Of a stretch of DNA of 64,000 nucleotides, positions 13,859 to 26,500 are shown one piece after another. The position numbers and the translations under genes are program-made. This DNA is from Felis catus. Lineage: Eukaryota. Position 1 is the stretch's first letter. Every line of letters starts with the position of its first letter. The stretch covers positions 207,144,001-207,208,000 of the forward strand of contig NC_058368.1 in the NCBI RefSeq assembly GCF_018350175.1. The letters are read 5' to 3'. The notes below the pieces were generated by a model, which did not search any database, had not been told where the DNA came from, and was given only the letters and a program-made list of their open reading frames with translations.

Positions 13859-14442
13859 TATGCATGAGAATGCCAATCCAACAGTTTTTGTTTCCAAATA
13901 GAGAGGAAAGTCATCTGAAATATGGTCTGCTGTTTATATAGAGTCGAAGTAAAGGCAAAAATAAAATTACAACTGAAAAGTTGAAAGCAATAATTAATAA
14001 CAAAACTCAAAAGCATTTGACTTATAAAAATTACATTTAAAACAAAATAGCAATAAAAGGTTAAAATAAAGAGATGGACTGAGACATATGTGAAAAGTTC
14101 TGAAACATTAAAGTCCTATTAATATCTATGCAGAATTTAAAATAAAAAGAATTAAAGTCTATTTTGTATTGGTATGTTCTTTTTTTTCAGAAGAACCTTT
14201 GTAAGCACTTAAAATATTTTTTTCAATATATGAAATTTATTGTCAAATTGGTTTCTATACAACACCCAGTGCTCATCCCAAAAGGTGCCCTCCTCAATAC
14301 CCATCACCCACCCTCCCCTCCCTCCCACCCCCATCAACCCTCAGTTTGTTCTCAGTTTTTAAGAGTCTCTTATGCTTTGGCTCTCTCCCACTCTAATCTC
14401 TTTTTTTTCCTACCCCTCCCCCATGGGTTTTTGTTAAGTTTC

Positions 14443-17400
14443 TCAGGATCCACATAAGAATGAAAACATATGGTATCTGTCTTTCTCTGTATGGCTTATT
14501 TCACTTAGCATCACACTCTCCAGTTCCATCCATGTTGCTACAAAGGGCCATATTTCATTCTTTCTCATTGCCACGTAGTACTCCATTGTGTATATAAACC
14601 ACAATTTCTTTATCCATTCATCAGTTGATGGACATTTAGGCTCTTTCCATAATTTGGCTATTGTTGAGAGTGCTGCTATAAACATTGGGGTACAAGTGCC
14701 CCTATGCATCAGTACTCCTGTATCCATTGGGTAAATTCCTAGCAGTGCTACTGCTGGGTCATAGGGTAGGTCTATTTTTAATTTTCTGAGGAACCTCCAC
14801 ACTGTTTTCCAGAGTGGCTGCACCAGTTTGCATTCCCACCAATAGTGCAAGAGGGTTCCCGTTTCTCCACATCCTCTCCCGCATCTATAGTCTCCTGATT
14901 TGTTCATTTTGGCCACTCTGACTGGCGTGAGGTGATATCTGAGTGTGGTTTTGATTTGTATTTTCCTGATGAAGAGTGATGTTGAGCATCTTTTCATGTG
15001 CCTGTTGGCCATCTGGATGTCTTCTTTAGAGAAGTGTCTTTAGACTTCTCTAAAGACTTCTTTAGAGAAGTGTTCATGTTTTCAGCCCATTTCTTCACTG
15101 GATTATTTGTTTTTCGGGTGTGGAGTTTGGTGAGCTCTTTATAGATTTTGGATACTAGCCCTTTGTCCGATATGTCATTTGCAAATATCTTTTCCCATTC
15201 TGTTGGTTGCCTTTTAGTTTTGTTGGTTTTTTCCTTTGCTGTGCAGAAGCTTTTTATCTTCATAAGGTCCCAGTAGTTCGTTTTTGCTTTTAATTCCCTT
15301 GCCTTTGGGGATGTGTCAAGTAAGAAATTGCTACGGCTGAGGTCAGAGAGCTCTTTTCCTGCTTTCTCCTCTAGGGTTTTGACGGTTTCCTGTCTTACAT
15401 TCAGGTCCTTTATCCATTTTGAGTTTATTTTTGTGAATGGTATGAGAAAGTGGTCTAGTTTCAACCTTCTGCATGTTGCTGTCCAGTTCTCCCAGCACCA
15501 TTTGTTAGAAAGACTGTCTTTTTTCCATTGGATAGTCTTTCCTGCTTTGTCAAAGATGAGTTGGCCATACGTTTGTGGGTCTAGTTCTGGGGTTTCTATT
15601 TTATTCCATTGGTCTATGTGTCTGTTTGTGTGCCAATACCATGCTGTCTTGATGATTATAGCTTTGTAGTAGAGGCTAAAGTCTGGGATTGTGATGCCTC
15701 CTGCTTTGGTCTTCTTCTTCAAAATTCCTTTGGCTATTCGGGGCCTTTTGTGGTTCCATATGAATTTTAGGATTGCTTGTTCTAGTTTTGAGAAGAATGC
15801 TCATTCAATTTTGATTGGGATTGCATTGAATGTGTAGATAGCTTTGGGTAGTATTGACATTTTGACAATATTTATTCTTCCAATCCATGCGCATGGAATG
15901 TCTTTCCATTTCTTTATGTCTTCTTCAATTTCCTTCATAAGCTTTCTATAGTTTTCAGCATACAGATCTTGTACATCTTTGGTTAGATTTATTCCTAGGT
16001 ATTTTATGCTTCTTGGTGCAATTGTGAATGGGATCAGTTTCTTTATTTGTCTTTCTGTTGCTTCATTATTAGTGTATAAGAATGTAACTGATTTCTGTAC
16101 ATTGATTTTGTATCCTGCAACTTTGCTAAATTCATGTATCAGTTCTAGCAGACTTCTGGTGGAGTCTATTGGATTTTCCATGTATAATATCATGTCATCT
16201 GCCAAAAGTGAAAGCTTGACTTCATCTTTGCCAATTTTGATGCCTTTGATTTCCTTTTGTTGTCTGATTGCTGATGCTAGAACCTCCAACGCTGTGTTAA
16301 ATAACAGCGGTGAGAGTGGACATCCCTGTCGTGTTCCTGATCTCAGGGAAAAGCTCTCAGTTTTTCCCCATTGAGGATGATGTTAGCTGTGGGCTTTTCA
16401 TAAATGGCTTTTATGATCTTTAAGTATGTTCCTTCTATCCCGACTTTCTCAAGGGTTTTTATTAAGAAAGGGTGCTGGATTTTGTCAAAGGCTTTTTCTG
16501 CATTGATTGACAGGATCATATGGTTCTTATCTTTTCTTTTATTAATGTGATGTATCAAGTTCATTGATTTGCGAATGTTGAACCAGCCCTGCATCCCGGG
16601 AATGAATCCCACTTGATCATGGTGAATAATTCTTTTTATATGCCGTTGAATTCGATTTGCTAGTATCTTATTGAGAATTTTTGCATCCATATTCATCAGG
16701 GATATTGGCCTGTAGTTTTCTTTTTTTACTGGGTCTCTGTCTGGTTTAGGAATCAAAGTAATACTGGCTTCATAGAATGAGTCTGGAAGTTTTCCTTCCC
16801 TTTCTATTTCTTGGAATAGCTTGAGAAGGATAGGTAGTATCTCTGCTTTAAACGTCTGGTAGAACTCCCCTGGGAAGCCATCTGGTCCTGGACTCTTATT
16901 TGTTGGGAGATTTTTGATGACTGATTCAATTTCTTCGCTGGTTATGAGTCTGTTCAAGCTTTCTATTTCCTCCTGATTGAGTTTTGAAAGAGTGTGGGTG
17001 TTTAGGAATTTGTCCATTTCTTCCAGGTTTTCCAGTTTGTTGGCATATAATTTTTCATAGTATTCCCTGATAATTGCTTGTATCTCTGAGGGATTGGTTG
17101 TAATAATTCCATTTTTATTCATGGTTTTATCTATTTGGGTCATCTCCCTTGTCTTTTTGAGAAACCTGGCTAGAGGTTTATCAATTTTGTTTATTTTTTC
17201 AAAAAATCAACTCTTGGTTTCGTTGATCTGCTCTACAGTTTTTTTAGATTCTGGTCTGAAAGTATGTATGGTATGATTTCAATTCTTGTATACTTATGAA
17301 GGGCTGTTTTGTGACCCAGTATGTGATCTATCTTGGAGAATGTTCCATGTGCACTCGAGAAAAAAGTATATTCTGTTGCTTTGGGATGCAGAGTTCTAAA

Positions 17401-17937
17401 TAGATCTGTCAAGTCCATCTGATCCAATGTCTCATTCGGGGCCCTTGTTTCTTTATTGACCGTGCGTCTACATGATCTATCCATTTCTGTAAGTGGAGTG
17501 TTAAAGTCCCCTGCAATTACCACATTCTTATCAATAAGGTTGCTTATGTTTGTGAGTAATTGTTTTGTATATTTGGGGGCTCCCGTATTCAGCACACAAA
17601 CATTTATAATTGTTAGCTCTTCCTGATGGATAGACCCTGTGATTATTATATAATGCCCTTCTTCATCTCTTGTTACAGACTTTAGTTTAAAATCTAGTTT
17701 GTCTGATATCAGTATGGCTACTCTGGCTTTCTTTTGACTTCAAGTAACATGATAGATTATTCTCCATCCCCTCACTCTCAATCTGAAGGTGTCCTCAGTT
17801 CTAAAATGAGTCTCTTGTAGACAGCAAATAGATGGGTCTTGTTTTTTTATCCATTCTGATACCCTATGTCTTTTGGTTGGCGCATTTAGTCCATTTACAT
17901 TCAGTGTTATTGTAGAAAGATACGGGTTTAGAGTCAT
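14443..17937 (-). pseudogene. L1 ORF2 (endonuclease / reverse transcriptase), disrupted
   Basis: MTLNPYLSTITLNVNGLN start, [29 protein letters not shown]; split over several ORFs by stops, frameshifts and an internal deletion. Confidence 0.95.
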
Positions 17938-17987
17938 TGTAATGTCCGTAGGTTTCATGCTTGTAGCGATGTCTCTGGTAGTTTGTC

Positions 17988-18881
17988 TCACATGATCCCC
18001 CTTAGGATCTCTTGTAGGGCTGGTTTAGTGGTGACGAATTCCTTCAGTTTTTGTTTGTTTGGGAAGACCTTTATCTCTCCTTCTATTCTAAATGACAGAC
18101 TTGCTGGATAAAGGATTCTCGGCTGCATATCTTTTCTGTTCATCACATTGAAGATCTCATGCCATTCCTTTCTGGCCTGCCAAGTTTCATTAGAGAGATC
18201 AGTCACGAGTCTTATAGGTCTCCCTTTATAGGTTAGAGCACGTTTATCCCTAGCTGCTTTCAGAATTTTCTCTTTATCCTTGTATTTTGCCAGTTTCACT
18301 ATGATATGTCGTGCAGAAGATCGATTCAAGTTATGTCTGAAGGGAGTTCTCTGTGCCTCTTGGATTTCAATGCCTTTTTCCTTCCCCAGATCCGGGAAGT
18401 TCTCAGCTATTATTTCTTCAAGTACACCTTCAGCACCTTTCCCTCTCTCTTCCTCCTCTGGAATACCAATTATGCGTATATTATTTCTCTTTAGTGCATC
18501 ACTTAGTTCTCTAATTTTCCCCTCATACTTTTGGATTTTTTTATGTCTCTTTTTCTCAGCTTCTTCTTTTTCCATAATTTCATCTTCTAGTTCGCCTATT
18601 CTCTCCTCTGCCTCTTCAATCCGAGCCTTAGTTGTCTCCATTTTATTTTGCAGCTCGTTGATAGCATTTTTTAGCTCCTCCTGGCTGTTCCTTAGTCCCT
18701 TGATCTCTGTAGCAAAAGATTCTCTGCTCTCCTTTATACTGTTTTCAAGCCCAACGATTAATTTTATGACTATTATTCTAAATTCACTTTCTGTTATATT
18801 GTTTAAATCATTTTTGATCAGTTCGTTAGCTGTTGTTATTTCCTGGACGTTTTTCTGAGGGGAATTCTTCCGTTTGGTCAT
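17988..18881 (-). CDS. L1 ORF1p (RNA-binding chaperone), intact 297-aa frame
   Basis: ATG at 18881 (MTKRKN...), coiled coil, NIRIIGIPE, EIIAENFP, QPRILYPA motifs; no internal stop. Confidence 0.9.
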   Translation of the reverse strand: MTKRKNSPQKNVQEITTANELIKNDLNNITESEFRIIVIKLIVGLENSIKESRESFATEIKGLRNSQEELKNAINELQNKMETTKARIEEAEERIGELEDEIMEKEEAEKKRHKKIQKYEGKIRELSDALKRNNIRIIGIPEEEERGKGAEGVLEEIIAENFPDLGKEKGIEIQEAQRTPFRHNLNRSSARHIIVKLAKYKDKEKILKAARDKRALTYKGRPIRLVTDLSNETWQARKEWHEIFNVMNRKDMQPRILYPASLSFRIEGEIKVFPNKQKLKEFVTTKPALQEILRGIM

Positions 18882-19804
18882 TTTGGATAGTCCCTGGAGT
18901 GGTGTGGGACTGCGGGGCACTTCCCCTGTGCTGTCTTGAATAACTTGAGTTGGTGGGCGGGGCTGCAGTCAGACCTGATGTCTGCCCCCAGCCCACCGCT
19001 GGGGCCACAGTCAGACTGGTGTGTGCCTTCTCTTCCCCTCTCCTACGTGTGGTATTCACTGTGGGGTGGCATGGCCCGTCTGGGCTACTTGCACACTGCC
19101 AGGCTTGTGGTGCTGGGGATCTGGCGTATTAGCTGGGGTGGATCGGCAAGGTGCACGGGGGCGGGAGGGGCAGGCTCAGCTCTCTTCTCCTTCAGTGATC
19201 TGTTTCGGAGGGGCCCTGCGGCACCAGGAGGGAGTCAGACCCGCCAGAGGGATGGATCCGCAGAAGCACAGCTTTGGGTGTTTGCACGGTGCAAGCAAGT
19301 TCCCTGGCAGGAATTGGTTCCCTTTGGGATTTGGCTGGGGGATGGGCGAGGGAGATGGTGCTGGCAGCTCCTTTGTTCCCCGCCAAGCTGAGCTCTGTCA
19401 TCCGGGGCTCAACAACTCTCCCTCCTGTTGTCCTCCAGCCCTCCCGTTCTCTGAGCAGAGCTGTTAGCTTATAACCTTCCAGATGTCAAGTCCCGCTTGC
19501 TGTGGGAACACACTCTGTCCGGGCCCTCCGCTTTTGTGAGCCAGACTTGGGGGCTCTGCTTGGCCGGCGGGCCGCCCCTCCACCCCGACTCCCTCCCGCC
19601 AGTCCGTGGAGCGCGCACCGCCTCTCCGCCCTTCCTACCCTCTTCCGTGGGCCTCTCGTCTGCGCTTGGCTCCAGAGACTCCATTCTGCTAGTCTTCTGG
19701 CAGTTTTCAGGGTTATTTAGGCAAGTGTAGGTGGAATCTAAGGGATCAGCAGGACGTGCGGTGAGCCCAGCGTCCTCCTACGCTGCCATCTTCCCAGCCT
19801 TCCC
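18882..19804 (-). promoter_or_regulatory. L1 5' UTR internal promoter, CpG-rich, with YY1-like site
   Basis: GC/CpG-rich; AAGATGGC on minus strand at 19785-19792 close to the element 5' end. Confidence 0.8.
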
Positions 19805-20787
19805 TAGTTTCAATCTTCTGCATGTTGCTGTCCAGTTCTCCCAGCATCATTTGTTATAGAGACTGTCTTTTTACCATTGGATGTTCTTTCCTGCTTTGTC
19901 AAAGATGAGTTGGCCATACGTTTGTGGGTCTAATTCTGGGGTTTCTATTCTATTCCATTAGTCTATGTGTCTGTTTTTGTGCCATGTATTGGTATGTTCT
20001 ATCATGAGAATTTCTGCTCCTACAACTATAATACACATTTCTTAAACATCAACAAATAAACAAAAAGTAAATAGAAATATTTTAAATTATTAAATTGACA
20101 GCTACAAATTTAACTTTACCATCTACATTTTCAAGTATTCATTGGAGATTGGGGAGAAAATATACACTGGATCATGAAGTCTTCCTCAATAAATTATAAA
20201 GTGCAGAAATTATAGTTATCAATTATCCTACCACAGTACAATTCAGTTAAAAGTAAATAAGAAAAACATAACTTCTAAATCCCATTCATCATTATATACA
20301 TGCAAATACAATTTAAACACTTAAAATATTCCATATTAACTTGTACATCTAAAAAAGAATCATAAATCAAATTGTAGACTATGATGGAATACTAAATATT
20401 ACCTAAAAAATAGCAAAAGGATTTCTATTAAAATCAAGAAGACATAAGGGTTTGTGTAAATAGCATTATTATTGTTAAAGGTTCTAGCAATTGCTATAAG
20501 GCATCACACAAAAGTCAAAAGTATGGCTTTTGTAAAAAACAAATAAATCCAGTGGGGAAGGTATAGGTTACTCCTAAACACTGTTGGAGAGCTTTTCTAT
20601 TTGAAAAAAAAAATTAATATATATAATAAATTAGATTCTTTCCTTACAGATACATTAAACTCTACATGAGTTAGACATTAAAATGTAAAATAAAATAAAA
20701 TCCCCAAATACAAAAGATAAAACAAATAATGATACATTTGATTACAAAAAAATCCAAAATTGCCTTAGTGTTAAAAATTATAACACT

Positions 20788-22712
20788 TTAGCTACTCTGA
20801 CTGGCGTGAGGTGATATCTCAGTGTGGTTTGGATTTGTATTTACCTGATGGGGAGCAACGTTGAGCATCTTTTCATGTGCCTGTTGGCCACCTGGATGTT
20901 TTCTTTAGAGAAGTGTCTATTCATGTTCTCTGCCCATTTCTTCACTGGATTATTTGGTTTTTGGGTGTGGAGTTTGGTGAGTTCTTTATAGATTTTGGAT
21001 ACTAGCCCTTTGTCTGATATGTCATTTGCAAATATCTTTTCCCATTCCGTCGGTTGCCTTTTAGTTTTGTTGATTGTTTCCTTTGCAGTTTGATTGTTTC
21101 CTTTTATCTTCATGAGGTCCCAATAGTTCATTTTTGCTTTTAATTCCCTTGCCTTTGGAAATGTGTTGAGTAAGAAATTGCTGCGGCTGAGGTCAGAGAG
21201 GATTTCTCCTGCTTTCTCCTCTAGGGTTTTGATGGTTTCCTGTCTCACATTTAGGTCCTTTATCCATTCTGAGTTTATTTTTGTGAATAGTGTAGGAAAG
21301 TGGTCTAGTTTCATTCTTCTGCATGTTGCTGTCCAGTTCTCCCAGTACCATTTGTTAAAGAGACTGTCTTTTTTCCATTGGATAGTCTTTCCTGCTTTGT
21401 CAAAGATGAGTTGGCCATACATTTGTGGGTCCAATTCTGCAGTCTCTATTTTATTCCATTGGTCTATGTGTCTGTTTTTGTGACAATACCATGCTGTCTT
21501 GATGATTAGAGCTTTGTAATAGAGTCTGGGATTGTGATGCCTCCTGCTTTGGTCTTCTTCTTCAATATTACTTTGGCTATTCAGGGTCTTTTGTGGTTCC
21601 ATACAAATTTTAAGATTGCTTGTTCTAGCTTCGAGAAGAATGCTGATACAATTTTGATTGGGATTGCATTGAATGTGTAGATAGCTTTGGGTAGTATTGA
21701 CATTTTAACAATATTTATTCTTCCAACCCATGAGCACAGAATGTTTTTCCATTTCTTTGTATCTTCTTCAATTTCCTTTATAAGCTTTCTATAGTTTTCA
21801 GCCTGCAGATCTTTTACATCCTTGGTTAGGTTTATTCCTAAGTATTTTATGATTCTTGGTGCAATTGTGAATGGGATCAGTTTCTTTATTTGTCTTTCTG
21901 TTGCTTCATTATTAGTGTATAAGGATTCAACTGATTTCTGTACATTAATTTTGTATCCTGCGACTTTGCTGAATTCATTTATCAGTTCTAGCTGACTTTG
22001 GTGGAGTCTATTGGGTTTTCCAGTCAGAGTGGCCAAAATGAACAAATCAGGAGACTATAGATGCTGGAGAGGGTGTGGAGAAATGGGAACCCTCTTGCAC
22101 TGTTGGTGGGAATGCAAACTGGTGCAGCCACTCTGGAAAACAGTGTGGAGGTTCCTCAAAAAATTAAAAATAGACCTGCCCTATGACCCAGCAGTAGCAC
22201 TGCTAGGAATTTACCCAAGGGATACAGGAGTACTGATGCATAGGAGCACTTGTACCCCAATGTTTATAGCAGCACTCTCAACAATAGCCAAATTATGGAA
22301 AGAGCCTAAATGTCCATCAACTGATGAATGGATAAAGAAATTGTGGTTTATATATACAATGGAATACTACGTGGCAATGAGAAAGAATGAAATATGGCCC
22401 TTTGTAGCAACATGGATGGAACTGGAGAGTGTTATGCTAAGTGAAACAAGTCATACAGAGAAAGACATTACCATATGTTTTCATTCTTATGTGGATCCTG
22501 AGAAACTTAAGACCATGGGGGAGGGGAAGGAAAAAAAAAAGTTAGGGAGGGAGCCAAAGCATAAGAGACTCTTAAAAACTGAGAATAAACTGAGGGTTGA
22601 TGGGGGGTGGGAGGGAGGGAAAAGTGGGTGATGGGCATTGAGGAGGGCACCTGTTGGGATGAGAGCACTGGGTGTTATATAGAAACCAATTTGACAATAA
22701 ATTTCATATTAA
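20788..22712 (+). mobile_element. Young felid L1, 5'-inverted (20788-22022 minus; 22020-22712 plus)
   Basis: 15-bp TSD aaaaattataacact at 20773-20787 and 22713-22727 after a TT/AAAA site; strand switch at 22020-22022. Confidence 0.95.
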
Positions 22713-22803
22713 AAAAATTATAACACTAATTGGCACTTGTATAACAAGTGTTGGTATCTTTACTCTTTGTTAAAAAATAATTTTTAAAAATAATTACTAG
22801 CTA

Positions 22804-22992
22804 GGGGCACCTGCATGGTTCAGTTGTTTGAGTGACTGACTTGGGCTCAGGTCATGATCTCATGCTTTGTGGGTCACATTGGGCTTTGCACTGACAGTGC
22901 TGAGCCTGATTCACATTCTCTGTCTCCTCTCTCTACCCCTCCCCTGCTCATACTCTCTCTCTCCAAAATAAATAAACATTAAAAAATTAAAA
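22804..22992 (+). mobile_element. CanSINE
   Basis: ggggcacctg head, core, CT tract, A tail. Confidence 0.9.
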
Positions 22993-23462
22993 ATGTATAT
23001 TCCCTAGCCAAAAGAACAGAAGATGTGGATTCAGTTAAATGGATTTCAGTGAAAGTAGAGGAAATAAAAGTAGTCAGCAAACAAGAAACACATTTAATCT
23101 CACAATTAAGCAAATTAATGTTAAAATGATGACATACCAATTTTTTTTGCTTATCAAGTTGTCAGAAAAATAGTGAAGGAACTATGAGCCTGCATTCTGA
23201 TTTGACTCTGCTAAGAATATAAATTGTTGAATCTTTTCAGGAAAATAATTTGCTATTATTTATCAAGATTTTAAAAAGAATGTGAATTTGATGAAGTACT
23301 ATTACCTCTAGAAATCTCTCATTAGTAAATTATTACTGATATGGAAAATTAAAATCTATGCATTAATGTTTAGATGGGGAAATGTCTATGATACAGGTGA
23401 AAGTTGAAGACATTCAACTGTACATAAAATAGGATCCTTTATTTAAAAGTTTGTATGTTTTA

Positions 23463-23650
23463 GCGGTGCCTGGATGGCTCGGTCAGTTAAGCCTCTGACT
23501 CTTAATGTTGACTCAGGTTGTGATCTCACAGTCATAAGATTGAGCCCCCCGTCAGGCTCTGTGCTGAGTGTGGACACTGCTTGGGATTCTCTCTCCGTCT
23601 CCCTTTACTCCTCCCCTGCTCACACGTGCTCTTTCTCTCTCTCAAAAAAA
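23463..23650 (+). mobile_element. CanSINE (diverged)
   Basis: ggtgcctggatggctcggtcag head, CT tract, short A tail. Confidence 0.85.
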
Positions 23651-24301
23651 GTTTATATGTTTAGAAATATGTTGAAAGAGACTATAGAACATACCAAATG
23701 TAATGTTGTTTTTGATGGTTAGAACATGACAAGTGTTTTTTGCGTACATATTCCATTTGCTACAATAAGCAGCATGTCTTGGGTGCCAAGGAAAAACTAT
23801 GTAATTAACGTAAAAGACCCTAAGCTGCAAAATGTAATAGTTGTTTTAACACTCCTGTAGACTCTTTCTTTAATAATAAGATACCCAAATAATTGCCATT
23901 CAAATTACAAATAATGTTAATTATTGCTATATGAAATTCTCACAGCATTAATCAAATTAATTATAACTATTAGCTTTCATAAAATAGGGAATGCTTGTCT
24001 CTCTTGTCTCATAAATTTTGAATATGGGAACTTCAATAACATATGCTATGAAACCATTTTGTCCTTGAAAGATTAAAACAATTCTGTTGCAGCTTATGTT
24101 ACAGTTTTTAGCTAATGTCCTCTTCTCACTGCCAGAATTTAATCATGCTGAAAAAAAATTTTTTCATCATACTGTACCTTAAGCAAGAAGCCTAGAAGTT
24201 TCTGTCAACATACTTAACAGATAGTAAATACACAAATGCTAATCATTTGTGATTCTTAGTCTCTTTGGCCATTTGATTACACTGTACACATGTAACCATT
24301 A

Positions 24302-24302
<1 letters not shown>

Positions 24303-24338
<36 letters not shown>
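24303..24338. repeat. (CA)n microsatellite
   Basis: direct reading. Confidence 0.95.
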
Positions 24339-24339
<1 letters not shown>

Positions 24340-24739
24340 CCCAGCTAAGGCAAACATAAATAGATGGGGTAGATAGATAATCGATGCATTGATAGATACA
24401 ACAAATACATAAATAATACACAAATAATTAAATAAATGGAGCTGAATCTTTGCCTCTTCAGATCCACTTTTTATAAACCACCTCACCACATCCAGTGTCC
24501 TCTGGCTTCCAGCTTAGGTTTGGCCAATGGGAGGCACCACATACTGGAAGAGAAGGCTCCCTCCATGCTGGGCCTTACTTGCCAGTCCTGGGTTTCTCTT
24601 CCCATGGGCTTCTGCTAGGTTCATATTAGAGCTCTTACAGACTAAGGGCACCATGTATCCCAGTTCTCTACCACCTACACTTTCCCCAGCTGCTCCATAT
24701 CCTTGCTGGAATTGGCAATCTTTTTAGCTTCAGCTTGTG

Positions 24740-26500
24740 TGGTAGAAGTGTGTCTGTTATCTGATTGTGCCTTCATTTGCAATTCTCTGATCACTTGGCT
24801 ATTTGGAGATCTTTCTTTGTGAAATGCCTGTTTTCATATCCTAGTGATCATTTGGATACATTCTTCTCTAAAGGGTCTGTTTAAGTCTTTGCCCATTTTT
24901 AAAAATCACATTGTCATTCTTTTTTGTCTGTTTATTTTATTTTGTAGGAGCTCTTTGTTACGAATATAAATCCTTTATGAAATATATGTGTCACAAATAT
25001 CCAGTGTCTAGTTTGCTTTTTAGCAGTTTTAATGTTAAAAATGTCTTTGAATAAATATAAAATTCTAATTTTAATGTGGTCCAGTTAATGTTTTCTAGTT
25101 CAGATTGAGGCTTTTGCAGTCTGTGTAAGAAATCTTTGTTTACACCAAGGAAAATATTGAAGATTTTCTTCTGTTTGCTTCAGGTAGCTTTACTGTTTCC
25201 TTTTTTATATCAGGTCTATGATCTATCTCAAATTAATTAACTAATTGATTAATTAATTAATCAACTATGTAAAGGATCAAAGTACATTTTTCCATTTAGA
25301 TATCCACTGAACCCAGCACTCTTTACCCTCCTAAACTGGAGTGGTGCTTTTGCCATTTGACATATCGTATATCCTGTGTGGAACTATTTCTGGGCTCTCT
25401 ATTCTAGTCTATTGGTCTGTTTGTCTGTGCTGTTGGTAAGCCTACACTATCTTGGTTTCTATAGCTTTACAGCTAGTCTTTATATCTGGTACTGTACATC
25501 CTTCATTTGTATTTCTCTACCAAAATTGTCTTACTTTATTAGGTCTTCTGCATTCCCATAGAAAATGTGTCAATTTATACACACAAAAATTAGAAATTTC
25601 AGTGAGATTGCATTGTATCTGTAGGTAAATTTTAAGAAAATTGTTTTTAAAAATATGAGGTTTTAAATTTTCTTTTAAATACAGTAGCATTCCAGGTTTT
25701 GTTATATTGAATTATCTTTCACTTTAAAATATCTCCTAATTTCCTTTGTAAATTCTTCTTTGACTAGTGGGTTATTTAAAAGTGTGCTGATTAATTTCCA
25801 ATCTTTTGAAGATTTTAAAGCTATTTTGCTCCTGGTGATTTCTAGTTTAATTCCATTGTGAAGAGATCTTTGCAGGACTTCACTTCTTCATGATTTGTTG
25901 AGATTCACTCTATGGTCCAAGATATGTATATTTTGGTAAATGTTCCCTATACAATTGAAAAGAATATAAATGTTATGGTTTTAGGGAGTCGTGGTCAATA
26001 TATGTCAATTAGTCAAGGTGGTTAATTGTGTTGCTCAAATCTTCTAAATCTTTATTGATTTTAACAATTTTTCCATAAGTTACAGAAAAAGTGTGTTAAA
26101 ATCCCTAATATTGACTTTGCTTTTATTCTTTCTCCAATTTTGTTAGCTTGCATTTATATATTTTAAAGTATGTATTTAAGTGAATATAAATATTGAATTG
26201 TTATATCGTTCTCTCGAATTGACCATGTTATCATATGAACTGACACATTTTTATCTAGTACTACTTGCCTTATAATTTACTTTGATATCAATATACTTAC
26301 ACCAGCTTTTTTTCCCACTAACGTTTGCATGGGAAATATTTGTCCTTGTACTTTCATCCTTTCTGTTTTTCTAATTAATGTGTGCTTCTTACAAATAACA
26401 TGTAGTTCAATTTTCTTTGTTCACCCAATCTAACACACTTTGTCTTTCAACTGAAATATTTTCCATTTACATGTGATATAACTACTAATATACCTAAGTT
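24740..26500 (-). mobile_element. Old L1 (L1M) ORF2 fragments
   Basis: T-rich antisense-L1 text (tctttgcccatttt, gatttctagtttaattccattgtg, ggtaaatgttcc). Confidence 0.75.

Larger units (their letters stand above)
14181..19984 (-). mobile_element. Near full-length young felid L1 insertion with 5' extra ORF2 piece and 3' transduction
   Basis: 5' UTR 18882-19804, ORF1, ORF2, 3' UTR, polyA; 16-bp TSD tgtattggtatgttct at 14165-14180 and 19985-20000. Confidence 0.95.

Noticed and set aside
15313..19730. Long plus-strand ORFs (for example 18280-18858, 18936-19391)
   Set aside because: Antisense shadows of L1 ORFs and the GC-rich 5' UTR; no independent evidence of coding.
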